DNA of 40,776 nucleotides, from the UHGV virus genome UHGV-0210060; one strand, 5' to 3'. Position numbers and translations under genes: made by a program. Under the pieces are notes generated by a model. That model had not been told where the DNA came from. It saw nothing but the letters and a program-made list of their open reading frames with translations, and searched no databases. Positions 1-7,922 of the stretch are shown piece after piece. This DNA is from a virus. The first letter of the stretch is position 1, and each line of letters starts with the position of its first letter.

Positions 1-168
1 CTGTTTGACCATCAGGACGCCGTTAACTATTACGTGACGCTCACCTTTGCTGTCTCGGTTGTACTTGAGCACTGTTCCTCTTGCGCAGGAAAGCATCCTC
101 GCCACTTCGGTCTGATTGCCTCGTGTCTGGATAAGAAGCTCTGGTATCGTTTGAATTGTGGCGTTCAT
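1..168 (-). CDS. ninH: NinH-like protein, 3' end runs off window start (56 codons in window)
   Basis: ATG at 168..166 overlaps rusA stop (ATGA). Translation MNATIQTIPELLIQTRGNQTEVARMLSCARGTVLKYNRDSKGERHVIVNGVLMVKQ resembles lambda NinH (..GNQTEVARRLKCSRGTVRKY..IVNDVLMV). Frame continues at window end (GKRGRR then TGA at 40758..40756). Confidence 0.7.
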   Translation of the reverse strand, partial: MNATIQTIPELLIQTRGNQTEVARMLSCARGTVLKYNRDSKGERHVIVNGVLMVKQ

Positions 169-527
169 ACGTTCTCCAGTTCGGTGATTTTTATTCCAAG
201 CCGTCCGCCTGGTACTTTCACACCACGAATTACGCGAATATCATCGAATTGCTCGTCGTCTTCCGCAAATCCGGCGTGGATAAGGGAGTCGAGTAAACCT
301 TTCAGGATGTTATCGAGGTCGCGGCGGCGGGAGTCTGGAACGTCTGCGATGACTTTGATGCGGAGTCGTGATTTGGTGAAAATGTCTAACTTGAGTTGGC
401 GGATGATTTGCTGAACGTCTTTTCGGTATTTCTGACCTTTATCGCTGATGTAATATTGGCTTCCCCGTCTTCGCCAGTAGGTATTCACCGACGGCGGGTA
501 TGGAAGCACAAACCGATATTCATTCAT
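165..527 (-). CDS. rusA: RusA Holliday-junction resolvase
   Basis: 120 aa; LPYPPSVNTYWRRRG ... DSRRRDLDNILKGLLDSL motif pattern typical of RusA; nin-region position. Confidence 0.9.
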   Translation of the reverse strand: MNEYRFVLPYPPSVNTYWRRRGSQYYISDKGQKYRKDVQQIIRQLKLDIFTKSRLRIKVIADVPDSRRRDLDNILKGLLDSLIHAGFAEDDEQFDDIRVIRGVKVPGGRLGIKITELENV

Positions 528-814
528 GACTTAACCTTCCCCTCCTTCAGCAATACCGCCTGCGTCCTGATCACGCCTTCGAGGTGGTAAAGTCTGGCGT
601 CTTTGTTGTCGAGAATCCGGGTGCGTCGGTCGATCTCCGCGTGGCAGTCACTACAAGCCCATGCGCCGATCAGGTCGTCAGGCTTCATTCCCGTTCCGCA
701 AATTCCAGCCATCCGGTAATGTGCCAGAACTGTAGTTTCAGGATTGCCATTGCATACGCCGTAAATACGTACCTGGCATTCTCTGCCGCGCGCTTCTTTG
801 CGTAGGTTAGCCAT
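524..814 (-). CDS. ybcO: YbcO-like DUF1364 protein (putative nuclease)
   Basis: 96 aa, Cys/His-rich (RGRECQVRIYGVCNGNPETTVLAHYR ... CSDCHAEIDRR); lies immediately upstream of rusA as in DLP12-type nin regions. Confidence 0.7.
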   Translation of the reverse strand: MANLRKEARGRECQVRIYGVCNGNPETTVLAHYRMAGICGTGMKPDDLIGAWACSDCHAEIDRRTRILDNKDARLYHLEGVIRTQAVLLKEGKVKS

Positions 815-1019
815 TTACCTTCCCTCGCAATTGAAGAATTGACTGAAGGTCTTTTTTAATAAATATGCGAGTGCGAATTGAGCAGTAGTTTTCCTTCATT
901 CTGGCGTAGTAATAGTCCTTTCGTTGTTTAAGCTTGTTGGCATCCGCTGTCATCCAGTCTTTTACAGCAAACTTAATTAACCAGCGGTGGCAGAGATACC
1001 ATTTCAGGTAATCACTCAT
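807..1019 (-). CDS. hypothetical nin-region protein (70 aa)
   Basis: ORF between ninF and ybcO-like, co-oriented, start overlaps ninF stop; no motif recognised. Confidence 0.45.
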   Translation of the reverse strand: MSDYLKWYLCHRWLIKFAVKDWMTADANKLKQRKDYYYARMKENYCSIRTRIFIKKDLQSILQLRGKVNG

Positions 1020-1194
1020 CGTCTTCTTCCTCGTACATTGAGCTATTCGGATCGCTCATCAGTTCTGCGCAGCAATCGGAGCACACGTGAACTTCCAGCA
1101 CATGCAGCTTCTGACCGCAGTTAGCGCACGTTAAAGCTCGCTCGACGCTTTCTTTCTGGTATTGAAGGGATTGGGATGGGATAAGCATTAACAA
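1012..1194 (-). CDS. ninF: NinF
   Basis: 60 aa; [45 protein letters not shown] nearly matches lambda NinF. Confidence 0.85.
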   Translation of the reverse strand: MLMLIPSQSLQYQKESVERALTCANCGQKLHVLEVHVCSDCCAELMSDPNSSMYEEEDDE

Positions 1195-2155
1195 CCTCCA
1201 TACAAACTTTCACGAATGCCGTTGCTACTTCTGCATTGATTGCGTTTCCATATCCAATAATTCGCTGATCTTGATTGCGCTTTGCCATTCTTCCCAGTGT
1301 GGACTTGCCTCGTCCCAAGCTTTTGGCAATGCCATTAACCATCGGGAATGAGCCGGGTCTAACTGGACGATATTTTTCATCTCTACAGTAAAGCCAGTCT
1401 GCATCTCTCCAGAAGCCGTTAACCGGTAATGGGTACATAGCTTCACCGTCCCGGGAAGTTTCAAGCAGATTCTTGGGGTTCCGCTCTTGTCTTTTCCGCT
1501 GTAGCAATGCGTTGAACCTGTTGCATCGTTCGCTAAAGGAGTTTGCCATCCCGCTAGTCTCACGCATCCAGATAGGTTCTGAATTCCCCTGCGCGTTTCT
1601 GGCTGAAAGTTGATATTTGTCGTTGGAGTAGGCCACCCAATACAATCGCTGCCTGATGTGCGGAGAACCGAAGCCCGCAGCGCAAATATCGGTACCTGCA
1701 GAGGTGTAGTTCGCACCTTCCAAGTCAGTTTGTACAAGGTCGAGCCAAGCGAGGCCGTCTGCGCTTGCAACCTGTTCGCCAATAACGATGCCAGGATTGC
1801 ATTTTTCAATAAGCCAGAAGAATGCCGGCCATAAGTGCCGCTCGTCATCAACCCCTTTTCCTTTGCCTGCCGAGCTGAAAGGTTGGCATGGGCAACTTCC
1901 TGTCCAGATGCTCTTGTTGTCTGGCCATCCTGCTTTTCTAAGTGCATAGCTCCAAACTCCGATTCCTGCAAAAAAGTGGTGCTGGGTAAATCCTCGCAAA
2001 TCACCTGGTGTGACATCTTCAATACTCCTTTCATCTACATAACCGGGGGCAATTTCTCCAGCGTCAATTAAGTTACGCAGCCATTGCGCTGCATACGGAT
2101 CTATTTCGTTGTAATACGCAGTCATCGTCATTTCCTCGCACGATGTCTTAGCCAC
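1121..2155 (-). CDS. DNA (cytosine-5) methyltransferase, orphan phage type (frame A); overlaps a second long ORF in another frame
   Basis: 344 aa with motifs in canonical order: FFAGIGV (I), GSCPCQPFS (PCQ, IV), IGEQV (ENV-like, VI), [10 protein letters not shown] (QxRxR, VIII), [17 protein letters not shown] (X-like). Start may be an internal Met because of overlap with ninE. Confidence 0.7.
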   Translation of the reverse strand: MAKTSCEEMTMTAYYNEIDPYAAQWLRNLIDAGEIAPGYVDERSIEDVTPGDLRGFTQHHFFAGIGVWSYALRKAGWPDNKSIWTGSCPCQPFSSAGKGKGVDDERHLWPAFFWLIEKCNPGIVIGEQVASADGLAWLDLVQTDLEGANYTSAGTDICAAGFGSPHIRQRLYWVAYSNDKYQLSARNAQGNSEPIWMRETSGMANSFSERCNRFNALLQRKRQERNPKNLLETSRDGEAMYPLPVNGFWRDADWLYCRDEKYRPVRPGSFPMVNGIAKSLGRGKSTLGRMAKRNQDQRIIGYGNAINAEVATAFVKVCMEVVNAYPIPIPSIPERKRRASFNVR

Positions 2156-2304
2156 CGGATATCCAACAGGTGAGCCGTGTAATTGAAGGTTTTTACGTCA
2201 GATTCTTTCGGGATTGGCTTGCGTTTATTTCTGGAGCGTTTCGTTGGAAGGTATTTGCAGTTTTCACAGATTATGTCGGTGATACTTCGTCGCTGTCGTC
2301 TCAT
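2128..2304 (-). CDS. ninE: NinE
   Basis: From internal Met: [56 protein letters not shown] matches lambda NinE; ATG overlaps ninB stop (ATGA). Confidence 0.85.
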   Translation of the reverse strand: MRRQRRSITDIICENCKYLPTKRSRNKRKPIPKESDVKTFNYTAHLLDIRWLRHRARK

Positions 2305-2711
2305 TCGTACCTCCTGTCGGTAAATCTGACGCCCTGACCAATAGCCCATGCTGTCGTGTACTCAATCAGACTTGCCATACGCTTCACACTCATCTGCGCG
2401 CTACTTTCGCGAATGTTGACGTATTCGCCTTCAAGGCCGGGCAAAACATCAGCTTCCTGCTTTGTTGCCACTGCATGACCGCTAATCAACAAAACCTTCC
2501 ATTGTTCTGGTTTTAACCACTTATCGCACCATTGAACCTGACGTGCGATATCCGCCAGCATCGCGTGAAATTTTGCGTTCTGGTCAAGGTTGCGCTTGTA
2601 GTCAGTAATGCGGATGGTGACTGGCTTGTCTTTATCGAGTGGTGTTGCGAGGATGGCGTTGATTGCGGCTTGCTGTTGTTGCTTAGTTCGGAGGAATATT
2701 GTTTGCTTCAT
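2301..2711 (-). CDS. ninB: NinB (Orf-family recombination mediator)
   Basis: 136 aa; pattern ..RNLDQN.K..A.L.D..RQV.W...WL..E.WK resembles lambda NinB. Confidence 0.8.
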   Translation of the reverse strand: MKQTIFLRTKQQQQAAINAILATPLDKDKPVTIRITDYKRNLDQNAKFHAMLADIARQVQWCDKWLKPEQWKVLLISGHAVATKQEADVLPGLEGEYVNIRESSAQMSVKRMASLIEYTTAWAIGQGVRFTDRRYE

Positions 2712-3051
2712 CGAAATTCTTCTCTTTAATTCCAGCGGCTCTGATAGCTTTCATTACTGCAATTACCGTTTTGTCACGCCCATCCTCATAACCCATCGCA
2801 TAAGCACCTTCTTCACCATCTTTCCAAAAGTCGTCATTCGATTCTGGCCAGTCGATATCCAGTTCAATAGCTGCTCGCGATGCCTGCCATAAAGTCCACC
2901 ACTCATTTAAGGAGTGACGAATATCCATGCTTGAAAATGCGAAGTACCTATCACCATTTCTTGCCTCGGTTATCATCTCGAATGGTAATCTCAATTTTTT
3001 GGCAACGTATTCCTCAAACTGCTTTCTTGATTCGTCCATATCACTCTCCAT
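2683..3051 (-). CDS. hypothetical protein, paralog B of 3497..3817
   Basis: 122 aa; shares MDESRKQFEE (from Met5), WQASRAAIE and IRAAGIK blocks with the ORF at 3497..3817. Confidence 0.6.
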   Translation of the reverse strand: MESDMDESRKQFEEYVAKKLRLPFEMITEARNGDRYFAFSSMDIRHSLNEWWTLWQASRAAIELDIDWPESNDDFWKDGEEGAYAMGYEDGRDKTVIAVMKAIRAAGIKEKNFDEANNIPPN

Positions 3052-3066
3052 CGATGATTTTTTGGG

Positions 3067-3249
3067 TTACCAATAATATTTGATAGTCGCCATAATTATC
3101 GGTAGCAACGCGCAGACAACTGAAAACCGTAAAACAAAACCTACTCCCAATATGCGATATCCATTATTCCAGAGAACAAAACTCATCATCAGAAGGAATC
3201 CATGAAAAATCGCGACAAGAAATAAACTACAAATAAATGCATTTACCAT
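3067..3249 (-). CDS. small hydrophobic protein (60 aa, predicted membrane)
   Basis: Almost entirely hydrophobic (FICSLFLVAIFHGFLLMMSFVLW ... VVCALLPIIMATI); AT-rich gene. Confidence 0.45.
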   Translation of the reverse strand: MVNAFICSLFLVAIFHGFLLMMSFVLWNNGYRILGVGFVLRFSVVCALLPIIMATIKYYW

Positions 3250-3308
3250 CGGTACTTACCACTCGCTCTTAATCCAATAAAAAAGGGTTTGCTTCACTGA
3301 ACACTCCT

Positions 3309-3500
3309 TTATTTTTTATGCCTGTAACCCCATTCTTCCAGCAACCTTGCGGCGTACCACCCAAGAAACAAAGGAAAGAACATTACAATGAGATATTCCC
3401 CGCCACGGTCAATGTTCGAAATTGACCAGATTACGATGTAACCAGTGCAGGACAGGAATATTACAAACCCCAAAAAGCTACTTCGTCGACTCATGCTCAC
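3309..3500 (-). CDS. small hydrophobic protein (63 aa, predicted membrane)
   Basis: Two hydrophobic segments (FLGFVIFLSCTGYIVIW; IVMFFPLFLGWYAARLL); start overlaps stop of 3497..3817 ORF (ATGA coupling). Confidence 0.5.
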   Translation of the reverse strand: MSMSRRSSFLGFVIFLSCTGYIVIWSISNIDRGGEYLIVMFFPLFLGWYAARLLEEWGYRHKK

Positions 3501-3817
3501 TCCTTCACTTTGATTCCAGCAGCGCGGATGTTTTCCTCATAAGCATCCATTGCATCACCGAAGCCATTGGAATAATCAACAGTAAACCCTTTGGCTAATG
3601 CTTCTCTGCTGTCGATAAACTTTGGCGCGGTTATTTCAATAGCTGCTCGCGATGCCTGCCACGTTTGCCAGTGGCCTTGAATATCGTCCATCACGTATTG
3701 ACCACCAATATCACCACTGCCAATTTCATGGTGATTTTCAGGGTAACGGATAAGGTCTGAAGATTCGCCTCCACGTCGCAACCAACTTTCTTCAAACTGC
3801 TTTCTTGATTCGTCCAT
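3497..3817 (-). CDS. hypothetical protein, paralog A of 2683..3051
   Basis: 106 aa starting MDESRKQFEE; shares WQ(T)WQASRAAIE and NIRAAGIK with paralog B. Confidence 0.6.
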   Translation of the reverse strand: MDESRKQFEESWLRRGGESSDLIRYPENHHEIGSGDIGGQYVMDDIQGHWQTWQASRAAIEITAPKFIDSREALAKGFTVDYSNGFGDAMDAYEENIRAAGIKVKE

Positions 3818-3834
3818 CGATACTTACCCTCAGT

Positions 3835-4041
3835 TCAACTCACAAAACGCCACGCCATTTTTGCTACAGCGACAGGCATAACACCGATAATCACCCAGAC
3901 AAATGCAGCGCCAAACAACGTATACCATGGATCTTTACCGTCATTCACAAGGCGAATGTAGCTATGCAGAACAATAAAAAACGTTAGAAGAATCCATCCA
4001 ACGCCAACGCATTTGAGTGCGACGAGCATAAACTCAACCAC
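3835..4041 (-). CDS. small hydrophobic protein (68 aa, predicted membrane)
   Basis: Hydrophobic segments GVGWILLTFFIVL and AAFVWVIIGVMPVAVA; first gene after the primase-helicase. Confidence 0.5.
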   Translation of the reverse strand: MVEFMLVALKCVGVGWILLTFFIVLHSYIRLVNDGKDPWYTLFGAAFVWVIIGVMPVAVAKMAWRFVS

Positions 4042-4117
4042 GATTTACTCTCCCCCAAATAAAAAGGCCTGCGATTACCAGCAGGCCTGTTACAAGCTCA
4101 GTGATGTAGATGGTCAT

Positions 4118-5998
4118 TTAATACTCCGTCACGTTTTCCTGTCGCCACGCCTCGTCATATTCCGATTTCGGCATATTGGCGATGTAGCTATATGGCGATC
4201 CTGATTCAAGTTGCAGGAACTGGTGCGATTGCTCGTCAAGGAACAACGGGACACCACCTTCCCAACCTTCGCCGTTTCGTTGCTTTTCAAGCATCAAAAC
4301 AGATGCCGGAGATGCCAGTAGCTGTTCGTCCTTCTCTGACATCTTTTCACCACTCTGAACTCTCTGTAACGCTCTCTCGCGAGCCTTGTTACGCCAGATG
4401 ATGAAAAGGTTGTCTGTCAGGTCTGTTATCGCTCCAGAGCCTTTTACGTCCATTTTCCCGGTTGGTTTTTCTTCGCTGTCACCTTTTCGCGAGTGAGTAA
4501 CGAGAATGACGTGGGAGTTTGTTTTGTTTTTGAAATCGCAAATCGAGTCAACAAACGCCTTCTGCCCGTTATAGTCATCGTCGCCTATGCCACATTTCAT
4601 CAGGCTGTCGATGATGAATAACTGGATGCCGTATCGGCGGCGAGCGTAGTCGAATATTTCGATCAGCCTGTCGGCTTTCGCCGTTCCGGTCAGGCCAAAC
4701 ACCCAAAGTCTTTCGTCATAAAATTTAAATGCAGAGTCAATTTCCAGCACTGGCGGCATCTTGCAGCACGTCGCCTGACGGGTAAGGCGCTTAAGGAGAA
4801 TACCAGGCTTCAGCTCAAGTGACGCGATGCACGTCTTCACACCCTGACGCATTGCCTCAAGTGCCATATGCCCGACAACCTCCGTTTTTCCGTGACCGTT
4901 CACACCATTGACCAGCGTCAACTCTGCCTCACGGAACTGGAATTTATCTGCCAGAGATTCCCACGGTGGATTAAACAGATACTGCTGCTTGCCGTAGAAA
5001 GCGTTGATAGTGTCCTGGTAAAACTCTCGCGCACTGTAGAGTTCTTCAGGATCGAAGTAGGATGCCGTGCCGATGTACTGCCAGATTTCATCCTCGGTAA
5101 CACCGTTCATCAGGCATTCGTTGATGTCTTTGTACGGCAGAGTAACAAGACGGCAACGATGTTCACCGAGTCGGCTTGCGATTTCCCTTGCGGCTTCACG
5201 ACCAACATCATCAACGTCCATCGAGATGAATATTTCCTCAAACCTGTCGAGGTTGTGGTACTCAAACTCAATCCACTGTTGCTTAGCGCCTTTCCCTCCA
5301 CCAAACGGCACGGATAACGCCGAGATGCCGTATTGCGCATAGCTCATACAATCAATTTCGCCTTCGCAAAGCACAACCGCCCTCACGCCAGCGTCCAGAG
5401 CCTGCCATCCGAACAGACAAGGTTCGCAATCACCTTCTGCCATAATGACTTTCTTCCCGTCCGGGCGCTCAGTGCTGATTCGCTTGACCTGCAACAACTC
5501 ACCATCGCGTTTGTACGGAAGCACCAGTGCATCAAGTTCTCGTTCTCCCTTCCACACCTTGCCGCTGACAACCTCGTAGCGCTTTACTACTTCTGGCGAT
5601 ATGCCACGCGATTGCAGGTACTCAAGATGGGATTCTGTTCTGGTAACGTAGCGGGCGATTTTCTTGCGATCAGGTCTGGAGAATTTCTTCTCACGTTTGG
5701 CATCGAAATGGTGATCGTCATCCTTGATACCGAGAAAGGCTTTCGCTTCCTGCATAGCCTGATGCAGGTTAATTCCACGACATGCCATCCACAAATCAAG
5801 CATGTCACCGCCGTCTCCCTCAGCGAAATCAGCCCATTTTTTCTTGCCGCTAAGGTTGACCTTAAGGCTGTTTCCCTTGTCACCGTTGACGTTACCGGCA
5901 ACCCACTCATGCCCCTCTTTCTTGCCGTTTGGCAACAGGTGCGGAGCCACCCTGTCAACCTGCGCCCAAAGCAGATCGCTAAGTTCATTTGGCCTCAT
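4118..5998 (-). CDS. bifunctional DNA primase/helicase (Toprim domain + RecA/DnaB-like ATPase)
   Basis: 626 aa; Toprim-like acidic cluster (CEGEIDCMSY ... ISMDVDDVGREAA); Walker A LVNGVNGHGKTE; Walker B LFIIDSLMK; sits where lambda has P. Confidence 0.8.
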   Translation of the reverse strand: MRPNELSDLLWAQVDRVAPHLLPNGKKEGHEWVAGNVNGDKGNSLKVNLSGKKKWADFAEGDGGDMLDLWMACRGINLHQAMQEAKAFLGIKDDDHHFDAKREKKFSRPDRKKIARYVTRTESHLEYLQSRGISPEVVKRYEVVSGKVWKGERELDALVLPYKRDGELLQVKRISTERPDGKKVIMAEGDCEPCLFGWQALDAGVRAVVLCEGEIDCMSYAQYGISALSVPFGGGKGAKQQWIEFEYHNLDRFEEIFISMDVDDVGREAAREIASRLGEHRCRLVTLPYKDINECLMNGVTEDEIWQYIGTASYFDPEELYSAREFYQDTINAFYGKQQYLFNPPWESLADKFQFREAELTLVNGVNGHGKTEVVGHMALEAMRQGVKTCIASLELKPGILLKRLTRQATCCKMPPVLEIDSAFKFYDERLWVFGLTGTAKADRLIEIFDYARRRYGIQLFIIDSLMKCGIGDDDYNGQKAFVDSICDFKNKTNSHVILVTHSRKGDSEEKPTGKMDVKGSGAITDLTDNLFIIWRNKARERALQRVQSGEKMSEKDEQLLASPASVLMLEKQRNGEGWEGGVPLFLDEQSHQFLQLESGSPYSYIANMPKSEYDEAWRQENVTEY

Positions 5999-6105
5999 GA
6001 TTCCCTCAGATTGAGATTTTTAAACCAGAAATCGACAAACGAAATACTTAACCAGCCGTGGTTATAACCAGCGACCAGTAGCGATTTGATTTTTGATTTC
6101 ATGGT

Positions 6106-6966
6106 TCACCTGTCGAAAAACACGTAGCCAGTTTTCGATACGGTGATTGCGGATGATGGTTTGGATTGTGGTTGAATGGTTTCTGGCTTCTCGTCGTTCC
6201 AGCGTTGACCGTTCAGGTAGCTCGATGGTAACAACCTGTCGAATCCGAACTGCTTACCATTCCTGCATGCGATGTCTTCTGCCAGCATCGTGGCAAACTC
6301 GCTTGCCGTACCCCTGGTAGTTTTACGCCATTCCCTGAACTGTGTTCTGAATGCCGAAGCTGCGTTTTTCTTCCCGGCCTTCCGCATGCCTGCACACCAG
6401 AATATTTCCTCGAATGCCTTGTCGGTTTCTTCGTGACGGTCAGGTGATTTTTCACACTCCGTCCGAACACTTTCGGACATAGTGTTTTTATTATTTCTTT
6501 TTTCTTTTGTAATAGTTTCTTTTGTGTGTCCCTGTTTTGGTGACAGCGCTGTCACCGTTTTGGTGACACTTTTTGTCACCAATGCAGTGACATTATCACC
6601 AGAGTAGTGACACCCTTCGATTTGCCATTCCTCGATGTTCTTGTTAGGCCCGATTTGCTGGCCTTCGCGAAGGATAACCTTCATCGCGATAAGCTCATTC
6701 TTGGCCTTGTTTACCTTCTGTCTTGGCAGCCTGGTAATTTGAGCTAACTGACTATCAGAGATGCGATCCATCTTTTTACCGTAGCCGTATGTTTTACGGC
6801 ATATGGCGTGGGCAACCTTGCTCTGATTTTTCGTTAAATCTGCGCCGATAAGCTCTTCATACAGGGCATTTGCAAGACGGGTATAACCATCTTCAACTTC
6901 TGCCACACGACGCTCCACAGGCCGTTGTGAAGGCCTTAAATGTGTTACGGTTGCAAGATTACTCAT
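6106..6966 (-). CDS. replication initiator, lambda O-like N-terminal domain with divergent C-terminus
   Basis: N-terminus aligns by eye to lambda O ([26 protein letters not shown]...[20 protein letters not shown] ... GPNKNI.EW ... [10 protein letters not shown]); iterons lie inside the gene. Confidence 0.85.
   Translation of the reverse strand: MSNLATVTHLRPSQRPVERRVAEVEDGYTRLANALYEELIGADLTKNQSKVAHAICRKTYGYGKKMDRISDSQLAQITRLPRQKVNKAKNELIAMKVILREGQQIGPNKNIEEWQIEGCHYSGDNVTALVTKSVTKTVTALSPKQGHTKETITKEKRNNKNTMSESVRTECEKSPDRHEETDKAFEEIFWCAGMRKAGKKNAASAFRTQFREWRKTTRGTASEFATMLAEDIACRNGKQFGFDRLLPSSYLNGQRWNDEKPETIQPQSKPSSAITVSKTGYVFFDR
6480..6620. repeat. origin of replication: AT-rich tract plus iteron-like TGACA/TGTCA repeats inside the O-like gene
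   Basis: 6481..6530 is A/T-rich; 6538..6616 has repeated GGTGACA / TGTCACC units (ttttggtgacagcgctgtcaccgttttggtgacactttttgtcacc...), the arrangement seen at lambda ori. Confidence 0.65.
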
Positions 6967-7096
6967 GACCTTTCTCCTTCTGCATCAGCTTCACTTTTTC
7001 CAACTCAGCCCGGAATCGACCAGGCTGCTTGAAGCTGGACAGGAAGCGATCACGTAGTATGTGTTTGTGAATTTTGTCCTGGTAAGGACTGAGTTG
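6959..7096 (-). CDS. small basic ORF (45 aa) between cII and the O-like gene
   Basis: Own translation: [48 protein letters not shown]; stop overlaps O-like ATG; below the ORF-track size cutoff. Confidence 0.4.
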   Translation of the reverse strand, partial: QLSPYQDKIHKHILRDRFLSSFKQPGRFRAELEKVKLMQKEKGHE

Positions 7097-7137
7097 TTTT
7101 GTCATAATGACTCCTGTGGATTGATCCAGTAATGACC

Positions 7138-7437
7138 TCAGAATTCCATCTGGATTTGTTCAGAACGCTCGGTCTTGCACACCGGGCGTTTTTTATTGAT
7201 GAGTCCATCAAGCGCATACTTAAAAGCCCTGCTAATCGGACTGATGTCTGATGCCATTCCGAAAGCACACAAGACCGAAGCAATAAACCGCCAGTCGGTA
7301 CGACTGATCTTCGATTCATGACAGCCAATCATCTTTGCCAGACCGCGCTGGGTAAGCGTTGACAGGTTGATGAGTAAATCTGTTTCTGCGCGATCAACAT
7401 CGCGCTGTGATAGTTTGCTGTAACTTGTTTGTTCCAT
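7138..7437 (-). CDS. cII: CII-like transcriptional activator
   Basis: 99 aa; C-terminus [19 protein letters not shown] matches lambda CII ([19 protein letters not shown]); position between cro and replication genes. Confidence 0.8.
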   Translation of the reverse strand: MEQTSYSKLSQRDVDRAETDLLINLSTLTQRGLAKMIGCHESKISRTDWRFIASVLCAFGMASDISPISRAFKYALDGLINKKRPVCKTERSEQIQMEF

Positions 7438-7522
7438 TTCTTATGATTTCCAATAGTGAATAGTTAGCTGAAAGGTATGCGTGGAAACGCATGTGGCCTT
7501 GGTTGGTCAGATATTCTGGGAT

Positions 7523-7568
7523 TCGCTTTTCAGCGACGTAGGACGAATGTCCGTTGTTACAAAGAGCG
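7523..7568 (-). promoter_or_regulatory. nutR-like site (boxA + boxB hairpin with GAAA loop)
   Basis: Minus-strand reading: CGCTCTTTGTAACAAC (boxA-like), GGACattcGTCC hairpin, then TCGCT-GAAA-AGCGA; lies between cro stop and cII. Confidence 0.55.
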
Positions 7569-7575
7569 TGGTTAC

Positions 7576-7809
7576 TTATGCAGCTGATGCTCTACGCGAT
7601 ACGAACACCAGGTTTTCCTTTTTCACAGGTTTATAAGCCGTGAAATTACGAGTAGCTTCCTCGATTGCATTCGCTTTATCAGGGGAAGCTCTTCGAAATC
7701 CATATGCAATCTGGTCAAGATAGCCAACTGAAGTTTTCGCTAATGCGGCGAGTCGCTTCCATTCCTCACTAGAAGCCTCTTTTCGCCAGCGTAGTAGTTC
7801 ATTACTCAT
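7576..7809 (-). CDS. cro: Cro-like repressor
   Basis: 77 aa; divergent from cI across an operator-rich intergenic region; first gene of the early-right operon. Family assignment is positional. Confidence 0.65.
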   Translation of the reverse strand: MSNELLRWRKEASSEEWKRLAALAKTSVGYLDQIAYGFRRASPDKANAIEEATRNFTAYKPVKKENLVFVSRRASAA

Positions 7810-7922
7810 TAGTGCCTCCGTTTATCATACAGAATAACTTTACCATTTTGATAAATCAAGCGCAATGTAAATTTATCATATTGCGTATTTATCCATTTGC
7901 TAAATAGAGGGAAAATTGTGAG
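7810..7922. promoter_or_regulatory. OR region with divergent PR / PRM and repeated TTTATC / GATAAA half-sites
   Basis: ccgTTTATCatacagaataactttaccattttGATAAAtcaagcgcaatgtaaaTTTATCatattgcgtaTTTATCc; four half-sites in 113 bp between divergent cro and cI starts. Confidence 0.6.

Noticed and set aside
34-414. 126-aa plus-strand ORF at the window start
   Set aside because: Antisense to the NinH-like and RusA genes, which have clear homology; low-complexity Ser/Arg-rich translation.
6213-6470. 85-aa ORF inside the initiator gene in another frame
   Set aside because: Fully nested in a gene with clear lambda O homology; Arg/Ser-rich translation typical of an off-frame read.
7050-7328. 92-aa minus-strand ORF overlapping cII
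   Set aside because: Alternative frame of the cII gene; no start context; cII homology explains the region.
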